From Octopus vulgaris (taxonomy: Eukaryota): a DNA stretch of 64,000 nt. This document shows, in pieces, positions 56,192-64,000 of this stretch. The notes below the pieces were generated by a model. The model saw nothing but the letters and a program-made list of their open reading frames with translations. It had not been told where the DNA came from and ran no database searches. Both the position numbers and the translations under genes were made by a program. The DNA is taken from NCBI GenBank assembly GCA_951406725.2, contig OX597821.1, positions 72,106,001-72,170,000 of the forward strand, given 5' to 3'. Each line of letters opens with the position of its first letter. Positions within the stretch are counted from its first letter, which is position 1.

Positions 56192-57847
56192 GGAGACAGA
56201 GGAAAGTCCAATAGGAAAGGAAGACGGAGGAAAACAAAATCGCTAACGATTCACATGTGGTTACATTTATATATATATATACATATATAGATATAGATAT
56301 ATAGTGAAAAGTATGATAAACACGATGAAATATATATCATTTATTCCATACATAATCTAATTATACACACAAGAATTTGTATGTATATTTTCGTTTGTCT
56401 GTTTATCTGTTTGCCATCAATTTTCGAAATATGCTCTGCTCTGTCATTTCCTCTTCTAAATTCGATCTTGTCTACCGTTTTATTTTCGTTCATTTTCATG
56501 TTTAGATATGTTGGAACCTATTTTGAACTGTGAGTCTTTCTGTGGGTCTTCTTTTTGATTGGCTCTGTAACGTCTTTAAATCCATCTCAAAAATTTCCTC
56601 TGGACAAACATTTAACACAAAAATATTTGAATAATCCTTCATCTCAAATGTTAATACCTATATACAATGAGTGCAGGGATGTTTTTTTTTTTATGGGTTA
56701 GTAAATCGTATTGCACTTTTAGAAAGCATAACTTGATATATATTGTCTTTCGTAGTGCTATAAATCTCAGTTATGTTTGTTTACTTTACCAGTTCATATC
56801 TGCTTTCGTCTTTTCCTTCCTTTTGCACACATTTTCAACATTATTTATTCGTTATTGCACGTGCTTCTATTTTTTGTTCACATTTGTTTTGCTTTCTATA
56901 ACCGTATTTTCTCCCCCCCCCCATCTCTCTCTCTCACTCTCTCTCTATCTCTCTCTCAAATTCTGACCGTCAATTCTGCTGTATCTTACCACAAAATAGT
57001 TCATCTCTCTCTCAGTCTCTCTCTCGCTCCACTTCCTGTTTGATTCCACGATCTCGTCTTTTTCCTTCTACTGTCTTACTCTCCAGTTTCATTCCCCTCA
57101 TCCCCACCTTTTTGCTACTTTTTGTGCTCCCAGCCAAACGACATTCTCCATATTTTCCTCAGCGATTAGTTTTCCACACTTTCGTCTCGTCCAAGTCGTA
57201 ACGCTATTCACATCTCTCGCTTGTCGCTTTTCAGTCTAAACACTCTTTGCATTTTTTATTTGTGTCCTGTCTGCGTCTTTTTCCATAATACTTATCCCTT
57301 GTAGCCTCTAGTCTTAGCTACTAAACACCGCAAAACATTTTGGGGTCACGTCAGTTCGGGTTCGAAATGTTTTTGACGTCTGATGAAGGATCAGTTTTCT
57401 TTTGTTTAGCATTTGGTTTTTGTATATATTGCATTTTTTGTCTATTTTACCTCCATCTTGTTTTATGACGTCTAATTGTTATTGTTTTTCTCTCCTTTCT
57501 CTCTAAACTCTTGCCGAAAGACATTTTCTCGACTTTCGTTTTTCCTTCTCAAATTATGCTTTGTTTATTTTGCTAACACATATCTGGTTTCGTCTCTTTC
57601 TGCAGATATTTTTCACATTATAGATATACATACATGCATATGTACATACACATATATACATTATATCATATATTATATTATATATATTATATCATATATC
57701 ATATTATATATATACATTATATTATATATTATATTATATTTTATATTATATATATTATATTATATTTTATATTATATTATATATATATTATATCATATAT
57801 TATATGTATGTATATATTTACATATATATATATATATATATATTTAC

Positions 57848-57929
<82 letters not shown>

Positions 57930-58636
57930 CATTTTCTGAAAGATATATTTTAAATTATGCTTTCGAAAATTATAGTCCACAGAGCCAAATAAGCAAAATA
58001 AATATTTTCTCAAAAATACAACCAATGAAAAAACAAATTAGACATACCAACTTGCAAGCTTAAAGAGTAATATTTACAGTTTATGCAAGGGGAAAACATA
58101 AAGAAGAACAACGTTGGAAATATCAATTCTGATGTAGAAAACAATACAAACAGCAACGAAGACAACACCGACAATAGCAATTACAACAACATTTTTTATC
58201 ATTTACAAAAAGAAATTACTTGACTTGAGCCGGGTAAAAAAAAAAAAGTAGGGATGAAAAAGGTATATCACAAAAGACTGTGATCTTAAAAACTTGATCT
58301 TAAAATACATAATGAAGAAGAAACAGTCTGTAAGGGTACGGGTATTTTGGGGCTCGTCAAACACAGAGGGTTAGGGTTAAGGTCACTTTTGGATGTACCG
58401 GGTGCAAGGGTGAAGAATATAAGACAGTGGGGGCCGTGGCCGAGTTGGCCTTATTCGTTTTGTTTGTATTACTAGTTCAATTATACGTATGTGTGTGTAT
58501 GCTTGCAGTTTTATACACAGACACACACATATACAGATATGTATGTGTGTGCATGTGTGCGTGTATTTATTATGTATGTATGTATATGTTATTGTTTAAT
58601 GACTGGTTGAGTAATTCAGCGGCTCGCCGTAGATAT

Positions 58637-58692
<56 letters not shown>

Positions 58693-59425
58693 TGTGTCTG
58701 TGTCTGTGTGTCTGTGTCTGTGTGAGTGTGTGTGTGTATGCAATGTAATATATATACGCGAATTTCCTTATTTCCGTAATTTAAAAACTTGATCTTAAAA
58801 TACATAAAGCAAATTTGCATTTCTAAATGAAATAATTGATGATTGTCTTCTTATGAGTGATTCTGAACCAGTTTTTTTTATGTTGATTCCAAATATGTTT
58901 TTAGTTTTTTGGGGTTTTTTTCCTATCACATACAAATTTTGCACAAATGGCTATCAAAGATATAATGATTTTTCTTGTCATTCATTCTCTTTTGTGGCAG
59001 ACTTTTAGTTAAAATTATGATGAAATTAAGAACAAATGACTAGAACGATGTGTGACACACTTTGTGTGGAACCCAAGGTTTGTCTTCATCACCGAGTTTA
59101 ACACCAAAATAAGTGAAGTATAGATTTTTTTTTACAAGATCGGTTATATTTTGTCTCTGCTTAACGACGACGTACCTGCTACAAATGTAGCAGAATATGC
59201 TCGGATTATTCTCGCACTGACGTCTATATGTACTCGTTTTAAATGGAGTTTATACGCAAATACCACCAATGACTGACCGAACACTAAAGCATCAGTTACC
59301 AATCGTATACACAGCTTCTGAAGGTCGCGTCGTCTGTTGGAGTTGCCAACGACTTTAATAAGCTTGACACTGGTTGTTATTTTACCTTTATTAATATTAG
59401 GTCAGCATTGGTTTATAGCAATCTA

Positions 59426-59991
59426 TTGGGTTGTCCGGAAAGTTCGTGCCGATTCTTAAAGGAAAGAAAAAGGTCAATAAATACTTGCCATTACATTTTT
59501 AATCAACCAAATATGAACCATTTTGTTGCACAATGTGTCTCCATCTTTCCTCTAACTTGAAAATACCCTCTTCCCAGAATTGAGGTGGTTTCATGGCAAA
59601 GAATTCATCAAGGTATCTTTTTATGTCATCCAAGGAATTGAAATTTTTACCATTAAGACTATTCTGCAGAGACCTGAATAAGTGGAAATCCGAAGGAGCA
59701 ATATCTGGTGAATATGGAGGGTGGGGTAACACATCCCAGAAGAGCTGCAGCAATTTTTGTCTGGTTCCCAAAGCATCAAGTGCCGAAAATGAACTTTCTT
59801 ATCTTCCATTTTAAAGGGTTACAGAATTAACACAGGTTATATGAACATAAACCTTCTTCCACGAAAAGATAGCTTAAACTGTGCTCTAAATGGAGGTGTA
59901 GTCAAATCCTATTTTATGGACTCAACCATGTTCTAAAATAAGTCGAAAGGTAAGTTACTATAAATCGGCACGAACTTTCTGGACAACCCAG
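59426..59991 (-). mobile_element. Internally deleted mariner (566 bp)
   Basis: TIRs ttgggttgtccggaaagttcgtgccgatt / aatcggcacgaactttctggacaacccag with flanking TA; MEDKKVHFRHLML fused to WDVLPHPPYSPDIAPSDFHLF..GSYLVD. Confidence 0.95.
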
Positions 59992-60226
59992 TATTTTGTT
60001 GAGCAAAATAAATCAGATGATCACTGTCATCCTATTCTCTGATACCATAATACTGAAGAAGAAAAGCTTTATTACTGCAACACTAGACAAGTGATGGAGA
60101 AAAACTAATCACAGATCTGAAATCAGCGTAAAAAATTGCTTTAAAAAGTTATGGAGACATTTAAACATCAAAGATCGTGCAGACTTGTGTCTGCACGAAA
60201 GGGTGTTTTACTTCCTTTGCCCTTTT

Positions 60227-60275
<49 letters not shown>

Positions 60276-60429
60276 TTTTACATTGATTCGTCTGTACATC
60301 TCCGCACGTTATGGCAACATCTTTTGTAATACCGCATTATGTGTTTGAATTGGCCCTGGAGACAAAACAAAATGTGAGATTATTATCATTAAAATCGTAT
60401 TAAATGAGTCGGGACTGCCTTGTGGTATT

Positions 60430-62550
60430 GGTTCTGGCTCTTTACATTTTAAGTGGAAATTCGGCCGAGATCAACTTCGTCTTTCACTTTTTGAGCTCGA
60501 TAAAGCACGGTAGCGGTCAAGCACTGGATCGGATTTGAAAGACCAAACACTTTCTCTTCAAATTTCTGTCCTTGAACCTGTTTAGAAATAAAGACAGTTG
60601 ATTGATAGAAATGTGCGAGTTAGACAAAAACCTGGTTGTATTTGTCCCGCTTATGTTCTGAGTTCAAATATCACGGCAATCAAAGCTGTTTTAATTAAAG
60701 CATAAAAATGAATAAAGTACCAGTCAAGTATTGGGGTTGATGTGATCGATTAATCCCCACCCTCGTCTTTCAGGTCTTTTGCCTATAACAGAAATAATTA
60801 TTAATGTGTAAAAAAAAAAAGCAGACAGAAAAGCGAACATGTGTGTATAGATGTGAATGCGTGAGTGTATATGTGTGTATGTGTATCAATTACGAAGGGA
60901 AAACAAACGAAAGTCAGAGATAAAACAGGTATTTGTGTTCTGGCTGTGATAAAAATCTTTTAATAAGAAAAGAGATGAGTTCGTTTGCTCTGTAGATGAT
61001 TAGTCATGTTGAAAAGTGAAAATTTGCTCCTTCTATCTGATACACAAAAATACGTGCTCGGCTGAAAGATTCGAGTAATTGAGGGGGGAAATAGCCGTCC
61101 CAATGTAAAACTAAAATAAACTTCTAACATGGCGGCGCATTTCTAGAAGAGGTGTGACAACTCAATTATGTTAACCATGACTCTGTACCAGATCTTTTGG
61201 TTTATCGCATCTCGACATGTGAAAAGCAATCTTCACCTCGACAAGAATTTTAAAGAATGCAGCTAAATATCGCAAAGTATTTTCTACAGCTTCCGCCTTG
61301 TCCCTGTCCTGTGAAATCGCTCCTGATTTAGGCACAAGGACTGCAATTTTAAGGGAAAGAGGTTAGTCGATTTCATCGACACCAGTAAGTGACTGGTACT
61401 TTAACGATCTTGAAACGAGTAAAGACAAAGTTAAACTCGGCGGGATTCGAACGCACAGTATGGACAATCCTGAACGAATTCCTCAAAGAATTTTTCGACT
61501 TATCGGCGTGGATAAAAATAAAGTACCAGTCACGTACTGAGGACGATGTAATCGATTAACCCCCTTCCCTCAAAACTACTGACTTTCTGCCCTAAATTAA
61601 AATCCTTTATTATTATTTTCTATTCAAGGCACAATACTCGAAATTTTGGGGGAAGGAATCAGTCGATTAGATCGACCCCAGTGCGCAACTGGTATTTAAT
61701 TTATCGACCCCGAAAGGATGAAAGGCAAAGTCGACCTCGATGGAATTTAAACTCAGAACCTAAAGAGAGACGAAATACTGCTATTTTGCCCAACCTGCTA
61801 ACGTTTCTGCCAGCTCGCTGCCTTAATCTTTTTCTACTCTAGGCACACGGCCCGAAATTTAGTGGGAGGGAGTCCAGTGGAGTAGATCAACCTCAGTACA
61901 CAACTGGTACTTAATTTATCGATCCTGAAAGGATGAAAGGCAAAGTCGACCTCGGCGGAATTTGAACTCAGAACGTAGCGGCAGACGGAAAAAGCCTTTA
62001 TTATTCTGTTACACTAAGGGCGATGGATTATGAGAATTGTTAAAGCATCGTAAAAATGTCTTATGGCATTTGTTGTGGATCTTTATGTTCTGAGTTCAAA
62101 TCTAACCGAGGTCAATTTTGCCCTTCATTCTTTCGACATCGATAAAGTATTAGTAAAGTATTTTGTAGATTTAATCGACTGATCTCTTTCCCAAAAGTTT
62201 CTGACCTTGTTCCTACGTTAAAAACAATTATTTAATTACGCTTATTTTCAATATTCGTTGCAAGTTTTGAAAGCGGTGAGCTGGCAGAATGGTTAGCACT
62301 CCTGGGAAAATTGCTTCGCAGTATTTCGTCTGTTCAAATTCCTCCGATGTCCACTTTACCTTTTTATCCTTTCGGGTCGATAAGATAAATCCCAGTTGGG
62401 CGTGGGAATCTATGTATTTGACTTATCCCCTCCCCCGAACCTGCTAGCCTTGTGCCAAAATTCGAAACCAATATTTAAAGAACACGAGCAGGCAGAATCG
62501 TCAGCACGCCGTCTGGGGAAAATGCTTAGCAGCATTTCGTCTGCCTTTAC
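60430..62550. mobile_element. Cluster of at least 8 SINE family A copies or fragments in both orientations
   Basis: Core motifs repeated near 60450, 60650, 61370, 61510, 61670, 61900, 62080, 62280 and 62490. Confidence 0.8.
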
Positions 62551-62692
62551 ATTCGTTCCAGGTAGTCTGGAATACGAGTAAGTTTTTATCCACCCTAAAT
62601 TGTGAATAGTTCGATTTGAAACTGAATATATTTTTACGCAGCGAAGTTTCTTGCGCTTTTAAACAAAATGAATTCCACAGAAATATAAATAA

Positions 62693-63084
62693 CTAGCAGT
62701 ATCGCCCGGCGTTGCTCGGGTTTGTTTCGACCCTTTAGAATTGGAATTTTTGAAAAGTATAAATTTTGCATTATGTAGCTTGTTATTCTCTTTAAGTGAA
62801 CATTTTTCTGGTTGAAATACACCGAAAAATGGCGACACAGCAGTCAAAAAATCGTAAAAAATAGGTATTTTCATAGAAAAAAAGCACCTTTTTGATGTAA
62901 ATAATTTTTGGTGTTAACATGGTCCGATTTGAATTTTTTGTTCTACTGAAGGAAGAACAAGCCTTCTTCTATCATACTCTCAATTTTGGTCAACTTGCGC
63001 CTCAGGGTCTCGGAGAAGATAGTGTTAATTGAAGGCTACCAAACCTGCCATATACAGACAACTTCAGCTTTATATATAGAGAGA
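62693..63084 (-). mobile_element. Non-autonomous Helitron
   Basis: Minus strand starts A|TCTCTCTATATATAAAGCTG and ends with hairpin cccgagcaacgccggg then CTAG|T. Confidence 0.85.
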
Positions 63085-63795
63085 TTGTATCTAACATCTT
63101 ATAAGAAACTGGTTTTAGTGAATGCTGTCGAATTGTAGGAGCAAATTCAATGGCGAGATGACTCAGCTTTTTCACTTCACCTGCATGAATAAAGGACTTG
63201 TGAAAAGCAGAAATGTTACAAGTTTTTAATTCTCTCCGTCTCATTGTTCATTCTGATTTCTGCTCTACATAGAAAAAAAAAACTTCTTTATTTACTCAAT
63301 CTTAAGATGTTGTTACATGCTATATCACGTTTATTCTCGGTGTATTTAAAGTCAAGTCAGGCGAATAGAAATACATTCACCGTCAGAGGTCGTTCTCGTC
63401 GACCAAACGTTCTCATACATTTTCACTTTGTTGTTAATTTTTAAACCAAAAGAAAATCTTAAATCCAAGATTATTTTTCTTTTTTTTCCTAATCGTTATC
63501 TTACATGCGTTAAATTACTTTATCCACTTATTTTTTTATTCCTTAATTTATTCGATATTTTTCTTTTTCTTTAAAATGAAAGATGTTTGTCTTAGAGAAA
63601 CATTAAGATAAGAGCTTCTGTGAAGAGGCTGTTGAGTGATACAATCATTCTCAAGACTCTTAGAAGTAAAAGTTTTTCAAATAATTGTTTGCAATCACTT
63701 CAGTGTCATTTAGTACAAAACACTTGATAGTTTTCATACCTTTTCCAATACGAAAACCATAAGACTATAGACGCATATGAATGTGTGTATGCATA

Positions 63796-63850
<55 letters not shown>

Positions 63851-64000
63851 CAATGAACAAGCTTCATTTATTTTAATAACATTTCTAGGATCTTTTCGGT
63901 TTGAACGGCAGTTTTTTTAAAATAACCATAACTTACTGGTTTCACAAGAAGAAACTGATAGAATAAGTACCAGGCTTATCAAAATATAAAAAAGCTCTAC

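Noticed and set aside
57355-57395. GAAA...CTGATGA as a permuted hammerhead
   Set aside because: No credible stem I or stem III

Overview
AT-rich eukaryotic (animal) non-genic DNA, made up almost entirely of microsatellites and interspersed repeats. The repeat mix (tRNA-headed SINEs with a Meta/MESC-like core, (TA)n-embedded Penelope-like fragments, (TAA)n-targeted R4/Dong-like ends, mariners) resembles octopus/coleoid cephalopod DNA, but this is inference. I found no intact host gene, rRNA, tRNA or CRISPR array, and almost all listed ORFs are microsatellite artefacts. Recognisable elements are four decayed mariners, a hAT-type (hATm-like) transposase relic, two non-autonomous Helitrons, RTE/CR1/R4/HERO/Penelope LINE fragments and more than 25 SINE copies. 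The strongest hidden signal is a set of type I hammerhead ribozyme motifs (CUGANGA...GAAA with a palindromic stem III), most of them minimal, in short Penelope-associated elements lying in or near (TA)n tracts. Apparently intact copies are at 29563-29645(+), 45750-45784(+) and 56155-56191(-), with a near-intact copy at 46868-46912(+) and several decayed ones, including stem-I covariation. The second signal is an unusual density of fold-back inverted duplications, up to 340-bp arms with about 80-bp spacers.
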